From: Octopus sinensis
Taxonomy: Eukaryota
Reading direction: 5' to 3'
Assembly: GCF_006345805.1 (NCBI RefSeq)
Contig: NC_043010.1
Span: 38,006,001 to 38,070,000 of the forward strand
DNA: 64,000 nucleotides
This document shows positions 39,225 to 51,729 of this stretch, piece after piece. Position 1 is the first letter of the stretch; each line of letters starts with the position of its first letter. The translations under genes were made by a program, and so were the position numbers. The notes beneath the pieces were generated by a model. That model worked only from the letters and a program-made list of their open reading frames with translations, was not told where the DNA came from and searched no databases.

Positions 39225-40676
39225 CATCATCTGACTGGCCCTCATGCCGATGGCACATAAAAGCACCCACTACACTCTTAGTGTGGTTGGCATTAGGAAG
39301 GGCATCCAGCTGTAGAAACTTTGCCAGACCAGTGCCACCTGACTGGCTCTCATGCTGGTGGCATGCAATAAGCACCATTTATGCGTGGGTCATTGCCAGT
39401 GCTGCCTCACTGGCTCCCCGTGCTGATAGCATGTAAAAATCAACATCCAAACGTGGCTGATGCCAGTACTGCTTGACTGGCTCCCGTGCTGGTGGCACAT
39501 AAAAATCAGCCACTACATTCTTGAAGGTGTTAGGAAGGGCATCCAGCTGTAGAAACACTGCCAGATCAGATTGGAGCCTGGTGCAGCCTCCTGGCTTGCA
39601 CAGTGGGACTGAACCCGGAATCATATGGTTGGGACACAAACTTCTTACTGCACAGCCACTCCTGCACTTACATATAAACACCAAAAAAAAAAAAAACAAG
39701 ATGAGGATAAATATCCGTCAAATGTAAATAATGTAAATAATCCAGATACACCTGTACACTTATTAGGATCAGTGAGTGTGCTAGGTTACTGTTCAGCAAG
39801 CCCATCTAACTCAATGACGCATGAAAATGAAGCATGAGTTACTGTAAAGTAACTCAATGAAGCATGAAAAATCAGGTGTTTATATACTGATGTGGTAATA
39901 ATGTGTGTGTGAGAGAGAGAGAGAGAGAGAGGCAGAACATGGACTTTGCCTTTCATCCTTTCGGGGTCGATAAATTAAGTACCGGTTGCATACTGGGGTC
40001 GATCTTATCAACTGGCCCTTTCCCTTAAAAATTTCGGGCCTTGTGCCTAGAGTAGAAAAGAATTGGTAGAGCTTTATACATATTGTTTTAAACCGGGTGA
40101 GTGGTTAAATCTGCTATCCAAGTAGGTCATGGTTGGATTTGAGCTTAGAATGCAAAGATCCAAAACTAATACCACAAAGCATTTGGTCCAACGTTGTTAA
40201 CTTACTGCCATTTTAAATGCCTTATTCTTTTACTTGCTTAAGTCATTTGACTGCAGCCATGCTGGAGCACTGCTTTTAGTTGGACAAGTCGACTCTGGGA
40301 ATTATTCTTTGTAAGCCTAGTACTTATTCTATCAGTCTCTTTTGCCGAATTGTTAAGTTACAGGGACATAAAAACACCAACATTGGTTGTCAAGCGATGG
40401 TGAGGTGAACTAATGCAGACACACACACACACTCACGACAAGCTTCTTTCAATTTCCAGCTACCAAATCCACTCACAAGGCTTTGGTTGGCCCAAAGTAC
40501 CACACAGTGGGACTGAACCTGGAACCATGTGGTTGCAAAGTAAGCTATAGATTTGTGTGTGTGTGTGGACCCAGGAAAAGGATGAGAGGCAAAGTTGACT
40601 TTGATAGGGTTTGAACCCAGAGTGCAGAGTATCAGAATGACTATCACCAAGCATCTTTTTTTTTTTGTCTTTGCAG

Positions 40677-40815
40677 CATCCTGATTTGAGTGACATCAAC
40701 CTGCCATGGCCACAGACCAAATTCCAAGGTTACTACAAAATAGCCCGACACTACAGGTGGGCCATCAATCAAGTATTAGTGAAACTTAATTTCTCAGCTG
40801 TGATAATTGTTGAAG
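40677..40815 (+). CDS. MGAT1: MGAT1 coding exon 5 (aa 166-212, HPDLSDINLPWPQTKFQGYYKIARHYRWAINQVLVKLNFSAVIIVE-D)
   Basis: Acceptor tttgtctttgcag, donor AAG|GTAAGC; near-invariant KFQGYYKIARHYRWA. Confidence 0.98.
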
Positions 40816-40849
40816 GTAAGCACTTCACTGGGATGCTCTGTATAAAGAT

Positions 40850-41330
40850 CTATGTGTGGGCATGCATGGGTGTGTTCATGTATGTGTGTGTGTTTGTGCT
40901 CGTGTGCATGTGTATGTGTTTTTGCTTGTATGCATGTGTGTGTGTATGTGTGTACATATGTGGGTGTGTCCGTGTGCATGGTAGTTTGTGTGTGTGCATG
41001 CATGGGTGTGTTCATGTATGTATGTGTGTGTGTTTGTGCTCTTGTGCATGTGTATGTTTTGGTTTGTATACATGTGTGTGTGTATGTGTGTTCATATGTG
41101 GGTGTGCATGTGTGCATGGTTGTTTGTGTGTATATGTATGTATGTGCATGTTTGTGTGAATATGTGTGTGTACATCTGTCTGCATGCGTGGATGTGTTCA
41201 TGTACATGTATGTGTGTGTGCATATGTGTTTGTGTTTGCACATGCATTTGTGTGTGTGTATGCATGCATGTTTGTTTGCATGTGTATGTGTGTTTGTATA
41301 CATGCGTGTGTTTGTGTGTGGTCATATTAT
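40850..41330. repeat. Degenerate (TG/TATG/CATG)n with internal ~130-bp repetition downstream of exon 5
   Basis: Seen directly in the sequence. Confidence 0.9.
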
Positions 41331-41619
41331 TTGCCATTATTGGTGCTGATGTCAATTAACTCCCCACATGCACACTTCACTCCGAATCAGTTCTGATTGA
41401 TTGAACAAATTTATGATGAAATGGTGTTCCAGCTGTGACCATCCTGTTGTGCATCTAGAACTACATTATCTGGAGTGATTTTTGCAAAATTTTTTAAGAG
41501 CATAAGAAGCTATTTGAGGACTGTATGGCTGCTGTTTCTAGCAGAACATGCAACCACGTACAAATTTCCTTGTTTGTTCATTGTGATGGCATTGGTGGTT
41601 GTGGCAGTTGTGATGGCAA

Positions 41620-41650
41620 TGATTAATGATGTATGGTGGTAGTATGATGA

Positions 41651-41684
<34 letters not shown>

Positions 41685-42220
41685 GATTGATAGTGATGAT
41701 GATGGTGGTGATAGTGGTGGTGGTTGTGATAGTGATGATGATGATTATGGTGTTGGTAGTGATGATGATGGTGGTGGTTGTGATAGTGATGATGATGATT
41801 ATGGTGTTGGTTGTGATGATGATGGTGGTGATAGTGGTGGTGGTTGTGATAGTGATGATGATTATGGTGTTGGTAGTGATGATGATGGTGGTGGTAGTTG
41901 TGGTGGTTGTGATAGTGATGATGATGATTATGGTGTTGGTTGTGATGATGATGGTGGTGATAGTGATGGTGGTTGTGATAGTGATGATGATTATGGTGTT
42001 GGTAGTGATGATGATGGTGGTGGTAGTTGTGGTGGTTGTGATAGTGATGATGATGGTGGTGGTAGTTGTGGTTGTGATAGTGATGATGATGATTATGGTG
42101 TTGGTTGTGATGATGATGGTGGTGGTAGTGGTGGTGGTTGTGATAGTGATGATGATGATTATGATAGTGGTGTTGGTTGTGATGATGATGACGATGACAA
42201 TAATGTTGATGATACTGCTG
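41620..42220. repeat. (GAT/GGT)-based minisatellite immediately upstream of exon 6
   Basis: Higher-order repetition of gatgatgattatggtgttggt..ggtggttgtgatagt. Confidence 0.95.
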
Positions 42221-42324
42221 GTGAAGCTGCGGACCTGATTTAATAACTGATTCCTAGTTTTCCTTTTATATTCTCCCTCTCACTCCCTCTCTCACTCTCT
42301 CTCTTTTTCTCTTTGATTTTCCAG

Positions 42325-42459
42325 ATGACCTTGACATATCTCCTGATTTTTTTGAATATTTTGCTGCCACTTACCCAATTCTTCGAGCTGATCCCCTGCT
42401 GTGGTGTGTCTCTGCATGGAACGACAACGGCAAGGACGGAATGGTGTCTAATGATGCAA
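42325..42459 (+). CDS. MGAT1: MGAT1 coding exon 6 (aa 212-257, DDLDISPDFFEYFAATYPILRADPLLWCVSAWNDNGKDGMVSNDA)
   Basis: Acceptor ttgattttccag, donor CAA|GTCAGT; completes the E211-D212-D213 metal-binding motif across a phase-1 intron. Confidence 0.98.
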
Positions 42460-43699
42460 GTCAGTATCTTAATCTTGACAACGATGGTGATGATGTCACA
42501 AAACAATGTGTGCGTGCGTGTGTGTGTGACTATGAATGTGTGCATGTTATATGTGTATATTTCAGTATGTGTATGTGTCTAATTTTTTGCTGCATATCTG
42601 TAAATAGGCACAGGAATGGCTGTGTGGTAAGGTGCAGGAGTGGCTGTGTGGTAAGAAGCTGGCTTCTCAATCACTTGGTTTCAGGCTCAGTCCCATTGCG
42701 TGGCACCTTGGGCAAGTATCTTCCACTATAGCTTGGGAAGCCAGCTTCTTTCCACACAGCCTATATATCCAGCCATAGAAACCATGCCAAAACAGACAAT
42801 TAGAGCATGGTGCAGCTCTCCAACTTGCCAGTTCCTGTCAAACTGTCCAACCCATGCCAGCATGGAAAATCAATGTTAAATGATGATGATGATGATATAT
42901 AGATGAGTGGCTGTATGGTAAGTAGCTGTAGGCGTAGGAGTGGTTGTGTAGTAAATAGCTTGCTTACAAACCACATAGTTCCAGGTTCAGTCCCACTGCA
43001 TGGCACCTTGGGCAAGTGTCTTCTACTATAGCCTCAGGCTGACCAACGCCTTGTGAGTGGATTTGGTAGACGGAAACTGAAAGAAGCCAGTCGTAAATAT
43101 GTTTGTATATATGTATATATATATAATGTGTGTGTGTATATGTTTGTGTGTCTGTGTTTGTCCCCCCAGCATCACTTGACAACCGATGCTGGTGTGTTTA
43201 CGTGTCCGTAACTTAACAGTTTGGCAAAAGAGACCAATAGAATAAGTACTAGGCTTACAAAGAATAAGTCCTGGGGTTGATTTTCTCGACTAAAGGCGGT
43301 GCTCCAGCATGGCCACAGTCAAATGACTGAAACAAGTAAAAGGGTATAAGTCTAAACCCTAACTTTGTAATGACAAAGGTATTTTACTAAATTTCTTCAT
43401 TACTTTCAAAAATTAATTGAAATAAGGCAGTCTGTTTCAAGAGCGATGTCATAAAACGGTTAAATGCCGTCATCATTTAAAGTCCACTTTCCATGCTGGC
43501 ATTTTTAATATCTGAAACTTAATCATTCTCTGGTTTGGAGTGTCAGCAACAGTAATGAAGTGACCTGTTTGGTACACTCACACATCTTCTATGCTCTGGA
43601 AATCAATATTTTCCACAGCTAGTTACTGATGTGTTTGGGAAGCTGCTTTAATGTAAAGGCTATATTAAATAATAATAACAATAATAATAATGATGATGA

Positions 43700-44135
43700 T
43701 GATAATCTTTTCTTTCATAGGCACAAGGCTTGAAATTTGTGGGGAGGGGACTAGTTGATTACACTGACCCTCAGTATCTCACTGGTACTTACTTTATCAA
43801 CCCTGAAAGGAAAAGTTGACCTCAGCAGAATCTGAATTTAGAATGTAGCAATGAGCAAAATACCACTAAACATTTTGTCCAGCGTGCTAACGAGCCTTGA
43901 CATGACAATGATAATAATAATAATGATAATGGTTTCAAATTTTGGCACCAGGCCAGCAATATGGTGGGGAGAGGGTTAGTTGATTACACTGACCCTCAGT
44001 ATCTCACTGGTATTTACTTTATCAACCCTGAAAGGAAAAGTTGACCTCAGCAGAATCTGAATTTAGAATGTAGCGATGAGCAAAATAGCGCTAAACATTT
44101 TGTCCAGCGTGCTAAGGAGCCTTGACATGACAATG

Positions 44136-44166
<31 letters not shown>

Positions 44167-44260
44167 TAATGGTTTCAAATTTTGGCACCAGGCCAGCAAT
44201 ATGGTGGGGAGAGGGTTAGTTGATTACATTGACCTCAGTACATAACTGGTACTTACTTTA
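43700..44260. repeat. Tandem duplication (~225-240-bp period, ~2.5 copies) of a family-B SINE fragment plus (AAT)n
   Basis: tagttgattac recurs at 43752, 43977 and 44217. Confidence 0.9.
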
Positions 44261-44673
44261 TTGATGCTGAACGGGTGAAAGGTAAAGTTTGACCACAGTG
44301 GAATTTGAACTCAGAACATGAAGATGGGTGAAATACCGCTAAGCATTTCACCTGGCATGCTAACGATTCTGCCAGCTTGCCAGAGAGATGAGCTGGCAGA
44401 ATCGTTAGCACGCCAGGTGAAATGCTTAGCAGTATTTTGCCTGTTGCTATATTCTGAGTTCAAATTCTACTGAGGTTGACTTTGCCTTTCATCATTTTGG
44501 GGTCGGTAAATTAAGTACCAGTGAAATACTGGGGTCAATGTAATCGACTAGTCCCCTCTCCCCAAATTTCATGCCTTGTGCCTTTATTAGAAAGGATTAT
44601 TATTATTATCATAATTTCATTATTATTATGATGATGATTTGTAAAGCCCATGGGCAATTATAATTGCCCACAG

Positions 44674-45295
44674 GCATATAGCCTAATGGTTAAGAGCGCG
44701 GGCTACTAGCCCCAAGATTGCAAGTTCAATTGCAGGCAGTGCCGTGAATAAATGATAACAATAATAATAATAACAATAACATTAGGAGTGGTTGTGTGGT
44801 AAGTAGCTTGCTTACCAACATGGTTCCAGGATCAGTCCCACTGTGTGGCACCTTGGGCAAGTGTCTTCTACTATAGCCTCGGGCTGACCAAAGCCTTGTG
44901 AGTAGATTTGGTAGACGGAAACTGAAAGAAGCCCATCATATATATGTATATATGTGTGTGTGTGTGTGTTGTCCCCCCAACATTGCTTGACAACCGATGT
45001 TGGTGTGTTTACGTCCCTGTAACTTAACAGTTCAGCAAAAAGAGCCTGATAGAATAAACACTAGGCTTACAAAGAATAAGTCCTGGTGTCGATTTGCTTG
45101 ACTAAAGGCAGTGTTTCAGCATGGCTGCAGTCAAATGACTGAAACAAGTAAAAGAGTAGGAATGAGAACCCAGAGTTGGGTACACAAAATTCTACCAGGG
45201 CACTTGAAGGCCAGAGAGTAAATCAGCCAAAACGTTGTGGTAACAACAAAGAAGATGAGGACACGTATCTGTCCAATGTAAATAATGAAAATAAT
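44674..45295 (+). mobile_element. Old full-length H1 element (tRNA head 44674-44745, degenerate body 45157-45295) interrupted by a family-A SINE (44783-45157)
   Basis: Head TAGCCTAATGGTTAAGAGCGCGGGCTACTAGCCCC..GTTCAATT; the body resumes at taggaatgagaacccag...cagccaaaacgttgtggtaacaac...gatgaggac. Confidence 0.75.
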
Positions 45296-46751
45296 AAAAT
45301 ATCATAAAACTTGCCTAACATAATTTAAAATAATAACAGTGAAATTAGCTGACTACGACACCAATGGCTATTTGCAACAACTGACAAACAGTAAAAATGA
45401 ATTGCCTAAATTTTAATGATGGAAACCATGTTGCTTAGCTGTGCACTGCTCAACCAATCATCTGACTGGCTATTAAAGAACCATCGGGGCAGTAAATTCA
45501 TGATGGTAGGCACCAGACACTGACATCTATGTGATTATTGAAATATCATCTGTCTTGCCAAATAGAATCTATTATGACCTCAAATAACCTTTATATATCT
45601 CTAGGCTCTGAGTATTGGTTTTTGTTTGGTGTCTATTAAAACATGCTAAAAACAGGTGCATCCATTTTGTGAATAATGCCAATACGTTGAACCAAAAGTT
45701 GTAATTTACTGTTGTGAAATCATCATCATCATCATCATCGTTTAATGTCCGCTTTCCATGCTAGCATGGGTTGGACGATTTGACTGAGGACTGGCGAACC
45801 AGATGGCTGCACAAGGCTCCAACCACTCTGAAAGTGTAGTGGGTGCTTTTAAATGTCACCGGCATGAGGGCCAGTCAGGCGGTACTGGCAACGGCCATGC
45901 TCAAATGGTGTTTTTTACGTGCTACCTGCATAGGAGCCAGTCAAGCGGCACTGGCAACAACCTCGCTCGAATGTTTTTTCGCATGCCATCGGTACAAGTG
46001 CCAGTAAGGCGATGCTGGTAACAATCACACTCAAATGGTGCTTTTTACATGCCACCAGCACGGAAGCCAGTTAGCTGCTCTGGCAACAATCACACTCGGA
46101 TGGTGCTCTTAGCGCTCCACTAGCACAGATGCCAGTCATCGAATTTGATTTCGATTTGAATATTGATTTCAAATTTTGGCACAAGGCCAGCAATTTGGAA
46201 GTGTGCGAGGGGGTGGGAGTGTAAGGGTGATTAAGTTGATTACACTGATTCCGCTACTCAACTGGTGCTTTTGTCAACCCTGAAAGGATGAAAGATAAAG
46301 TCAACCTTGGCGGAATTTGAACTCAGAATGTAAAGATGGATGAAATGCCACTAAGCATTCCACCTGGTGTGCAAATGATTCTGCCAGCTTGCAACCTTAA
46401 TAATGATAATAATGATAATCCTTTCTACTGGAGGCACAAGACCCAGTGTTTCACCGGTACTTAATCTATTGACCCCAAAAGGCTGAAAGGCAAAGTCGAC
46501 CTCAGAGGAATTTGAACTCTTGAACATAGTGATGGGCGAAATACCGCTAAGCATTTCATCTACCATGCTAATGATTCTGCCAGCTCGCCACCTTAATAAT
46601 AATAATAATTTCAACTTTTGACACAAGGCCAGCAATTTCAGAGGGAGGGGTTAGTTGATTACATCATCCCCAGTACTCAACTGGTATTTACTTTGTCAAC
46701 CCTGAAAGGATGAAAGGTAAAGTTGACCTTGGCAGAATTTAAACTCAAAAT

Positions 46752-46900
46752 GTAAATTATTTACATTATTTACATTTGACGGATATTTGTCCTCATCTTG
46801 TTTGTTGTTAATATGTTTCGGCTGATATACCCTCCAGCCTTCATCAAGTGTCTTGGGGAAACTTCGAACCTGGGTTATCATTCCTAAGGTATTTTTTGAT
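46752..46900 (-). mobile_element. H1 element body, hammerhead degenerate (UUGAUGA; stem III/I region partly deleted)
   Basis: Reverse complement matches 60116-60245 closely; a tail-only fragment also occurs at ~39695-39742. Confidence 0.8.
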
Positions 46901-47292
46901 GTTGCATGCATACATATATGTGTGTGTGTTTTGTTTTCCATGCTGGCATGGGTTGGACCATTTTACCAGGACTGGCAAGATGGAGAGCTGCAACAAGTCC
47001 CAGTCTGATTTATCCTAGTTTCTACAGTTGGATGCCCTTCCTGTCACCAACCATTTTATAGAATGTGCTGGGAGTTCTATGCGTTGAAAAAGCACGGTTT
47101 TTTTACATGACACCACTTATGCTGGTCTATGTGTATGTATATCTAAAGACAATGGGCTTTTTTCAGTTTCCACCTAATAAATCCATTCTCAAGGTTTTGG
47201 TCAGCCAAGGGCTCTAGATTGAACCCAGGACCACATGGTTGTGAAGCAAGCTTTTGATCACATATCCACTCCTGTGCCTATCTATCTTTCTA

Positions 47293-47331
<39 letters not shown>

Positions 47332-47683
47332 CACTATATCTATATATTTATCTGTCTATATTTTCCTGTTTATCTATCTTTCTGTCTGTCCTGCCTTGCT
47401 GTCTGTTTATAGCACAAAGTTGTTAAGTCATTATTTAATACGATGCTAATTTTAGAGTGTTGATGATCATATAAACTCGTTAGATATTCTATATTTATGC
47501 TATGACTTATTGCTAGAGCAGTAAATTATTTTCACTTCATTTAACTTTGTCTTTCTCTGTCCCATGAAACATTTCTGTCGCTGTGTATCGGTATTGTTTT
47601 CAAATGACCTACCCTTGGGTGTGTGTGTGTGTATGTGTACACGCGTGTGATTTGATAAAGCAAAACTTCATAACGTCTCAGTA

Positions 47684-47716
<33 letters not shown>

Positions 47717-47718
47717 CC

Positions 47719-47753
<35 letters not shown>

Positions 47754-47952
47754 TGATGCAAACGCCCAGATATTCTCTCTGAAGGTTTACAAATATGTGT
47801 GTATGTGTAATTTAATAACATGAAACTTCATAGTGTATCTTATGTAATATGTCTGTCTCCACTTCGCTCGTTCTATCATCATCATCATCATCATTTTATG
47901 TCTGTCTTCTGTGCTGGCATATACACACACACAAATATATATGTATGAAGTG

Positions 47953-48800
47953 ACCCGACAAATGAAGTGAGTTCATGGCTTGCAGGACGGCCTGCTGTGC
48001 TAACCTTGGATCGTAGGGTGACCCGCTGTGCTTGAGGAGACCTACTGAGTCAAGTACATCAACGTCAAAATAAAAGTCAAATGGGCATTGTAGTTGTGAT
48101 ACCCGTGCCAGTGGCACGTTGGGCCTCACAGAGGCAATGACAAAAGACCGAGATCTCTGAGATGTGCTGTGATTGCGAAGACCCGACAAATGAAGTGAGT
48201 TCATGGCTCGCAGTACGGCCTGCTGTGCTAACCTTGGATCGTAGGGTGATCCACTGTGCTTGAGGAGACCTATTGAGTCAAGTACATCAACGTCAAAATA
48301 AAAATCAAATGGGCATTGTAGTTGTGATACCCGTGCCAGTGGCACGTTGGGCCTCACAGAGGCAATGACAAAAGACCAAGATCTCTGAGATGTGCTGTGA
48401 TTGCGAAGACCCGACAAATGAAGTGAGTTCATGGCTCGCAGTACGGCCTGCTGTGCTAACCTTGGATCGTAGGGTGACCCGCTGTGCTTGAGGAGACCTA
48501 TTGAGTCAAGTACATCAACGTCAAAATAAAAATCAAATGGGCATTGTAGTTGTGATACCCGTGCCAGTGGCACGTTGGGCCTCACAGAGGCAATGACAAA
48601 AGACCAAGATCTCTGAGATGTGCTGTGATTGCGAAGACCCGACAAATGAAGTGAGTTCATGGCTCGCAGTACGGCCTGCTGTGCTAACCTTGGATCGTAG
48701 GGTGACCCGCTGTGCTTGAGGAGACCTATTGAGTCAAGTACACCAACGTCAAAATAAAAGTCAAATGGAAATTGTAGTTGTGATACCTGTGCCAGTGGCA
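47953..48800. repeat. Tandem array of a 228-bp family-E fragment, ~3.7 copies
   Basis: The motif acccgacaaatg recurs at 47953, 48181, 48409 and 48637. Confidence 0.95.
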
Positions 48801-49555
48801 CGTAAAAAGCACCATCCGAACGTGGCCAATGCCAGCACCGCCTGTTCTTGTCTGACCCATAGAAGCATGGAAAAGTGGGTGTTAAAACAAACGATGAAGA
48901 CGACGACGATGATGATGATGATGTACACACATACATAAACCAACCAAGTGGACACTGTGTAGTCAGTCAAATTGTAGAAATAGCAGCCAAATCTTCTACA
49001 ACAATTATACTGTACCGTCTTGCAAGTTACAGCACACATCGGTTGATGCTGTCTTTAGATGCTCTTAGTGAAGAGGAGTGAGAGAGAAAACCCAATGATG
49101 GAACAATCACAGCTGATCATAGGTCTGTCTGCTGGTTTGACCGGGGCTGGGGGGGGGGGGGCGAGCTAAACACAGACAACAACAACAACAACACCAATAC
49201 CATCAGCAACCACTGATTTTGATGAATCACTGAAAAGTATGTCTAAGGTCTTGCAGGGCGTGGGGCATTCTGTTGTTATTGTTAAACTGGTGGACTAAGT
49301 GCTCGGCAGCATTTCCGTTGGCTCCTTGCATTCTGAGTTCAAATCCCATTAAGATCAGCTTTGCCTTTTATCCTTTCAGGGTCAATAAAGTAAAAGTATC
49401 GACCAGACACTGGGGTCAGTGTAATAAACTTGCCCTTTCCTCTCAAAATTTCAGGCCTTGTGCCAAAATTAGCTAGAATTAACATTTTATTATGATTATT
49501 ATTATTATTATTATTATTGCTATTATTATTTTTATAATCATCACCATTATCATCA

Positions 49556-49595
<40 letters not shown>

Positions 49596-50124
49596 CTAAC
49601 TGTCTGCTTGATTGTTTAGTTTCTGTTATTCAGTGGGACCCTTTATTTTTATTTTATCTTATTTATTTGTCTCTTTCCGCCCTACCCCCCTACCGCCCGC
49701 CCCCCACACACACCCACACACTTGATTTCAAAACTTCTTAGTCTTCACAAAGCCAGAGCACATCAGTTATTAATTCCTCGATATATATTAAATTATTGTC
49801 TTCACAAAGTCACCCTGTCTGGTCTTTCAGGCTTTAACCAGTTCTGCTGGAGCTGAGCTTTCTTTTTCTATTCCTGTTGTTGTTGTTGTTGTTATTTCAT
49901 TCATTCATTCATTCATTCAGCTAGTTATTCATTCATTCATTCACTCATTGTTCTCTTTGACCCCTTCCCCCACTGTCCCTCACCCCCTTTTCTACCATCT
50001 AGTACAATAGAACTGCCCTAACTACTCCGATGTTTCACCACCTCTTGATGCTTGCTTGCTTATCTATCTATCTATCTGTCTGTCTGTCTGTCTGTCTATC
50101 TATATCTCTCTATCTATCTATCTA

Positions 50125-50208
<84 letters not shown>

Positions 50209-50597
50209 GCCTGTCTGTCTACCTATCTATTTACCTCTGTCTGTCTTCCTATCTATCTGTCTATCCATTTACACACACACACACACATTTTCTCTCTCTC
50301 TCACTCTCTCCCCTCCGATAAAAATTCTCACTCTATCTCTCTGCATCTCTTTAAATCACCTTTCCTCTTCATTCACCGTCTATCTGTTCATCTTTCTGTC
50401 TGCTCTCTTTCTCCCTCTCCAGCAGATTTCATCCTCTTCTCCATCCTGTAATAATCTGTTCATCCATCCTGTAATATCTACATCAGCTCTCCAATACTTA
50501 ATCTTCATATCACCCCCTACTCTTAATCTCTCTTGTAATATCCTTACATACCTCTTCACCTTATCCTGATCTCCCCACTTGTCTTTCTCTCCTCCAG

Positions 50598-50688
50598 ACC
50601 TCCTCTACCGTACAGATTTCTTCCCTGGTCTTGGATGGATGATGGAACGGAGAACATGGTTGGAGTTGGAACCCAAGTGGCCAAAAAC
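50598..50688 (+). CDS. MGAT1: MGAT1 coding exon 7 (aa 257-287, NLLYRTDFFPGLGWMMERRTWLELEPKWPK-T)
   Basis: Acceptor tctttctctcctccag, donor AAC|GTGAGT; LLYRTDFFPGLGW motif. Confidence 0.98.
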
Positions 50689-51729
50689 GTGAGTATCTCT
50701 CTCTCTTTCTCCTTCTGTTCTTAAGTGGGTGGGTGTGTGTGTGTTCATTTAACACACACTTTTCCACATTTACATATACATTAGTTGGGGTGCTAGATTC
50801 CCTTGTTCTAAATTATAAGGACACAGATCATGCCATATAGCCAGCTGGAGGCGATGCCTCCTGGGGTTAAATTACAGCAACATTAGTCCTAAACCAAGAC
50901 TGCCATGTTATGTTGGCAAACAGTCTTTACTACAAAGTACTGTTGCTGAATATCTCACATTGTGAGTTGAAAAATAGTAAACCCATCGTATATCATCATT
51001 ATCATCTTTTAACATCGGGTACTCAACACGGGGATGGGGGCCCAATGCAAGTGACTTACCCCCTCCCCCGAAACTTGCTGCCCTAGGGCCAAAATTTGAA
51101 ACATATATTAAATATATCTGGGGGAATTAAGGAGACTTGTTGTCCGTGAGGTTAAAATGCTGGACTACCAAAACTCTGAAGTTAGACTCAAATCATCATC
51201 ATTGTCATTTTAATGTCCATGCTTGCCTTGGTCAGACTGAATTTGTTGGGGCAGATTTTTCTGCAGCCAGTTCCTGTTACTATCCCTCACCTGTTTCCAA
51301 GTATAGTAATATTTTCCCATGACTTGACATGTTACCGTGGAAGACTAAGAGCAAGGAACACCACTTGTATGACAAGGCCATTCGTTTACAGTTATTGCAG
51401 TGTCAAGACAAGGAGACCCAAACACGCACGTACATTCTTATAAATGCAAAGTCACACACATACAAAGGGCTTCTGTCAGTTTCTGTCCCCCAAATTCCTT
51501 CACAAGGTGTCATGCAGTGAGACTGATCCTGGAACCATGTGGTTGAGAACCCAACTTCTTAACACTCATACACACCTATGTGTATTTAATGAACAAAAAC
51601 AAAAAAAAAAGCTGGTCATTTGCATATTGTTGATACTCTTCAAAATTAAATTAATTATAACACAAACACGTATTTTATTAGAAATATAGTTGCAAAACCC
51701 ATTAAACATATATTAAATATATTTAATTT

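Noticed and set aside
40794-41359. Several 120-170-aa Cys/Val/His/Thr ORFs, including the extension of the exon-5 ORF
   Set aside because: (TG)n-derived low-complexity frames; the real exon ends at the 40816 donor.
41626-42243. 205-aa Asp/Gly-rich and 183-aa Met/Val-rich ORFs
   Set aside because: Translations of a GAT/GGT minisatellite inside MGAT1 intron 5; no splice or homology support.
47896-48936. 346-aa minus-strand ORF as a real repeat protein
   Set aside because: The unit is a fragment of a dispersed retroposon and the ends lie in microsatellites; kept only as a tandem-repeat finding.
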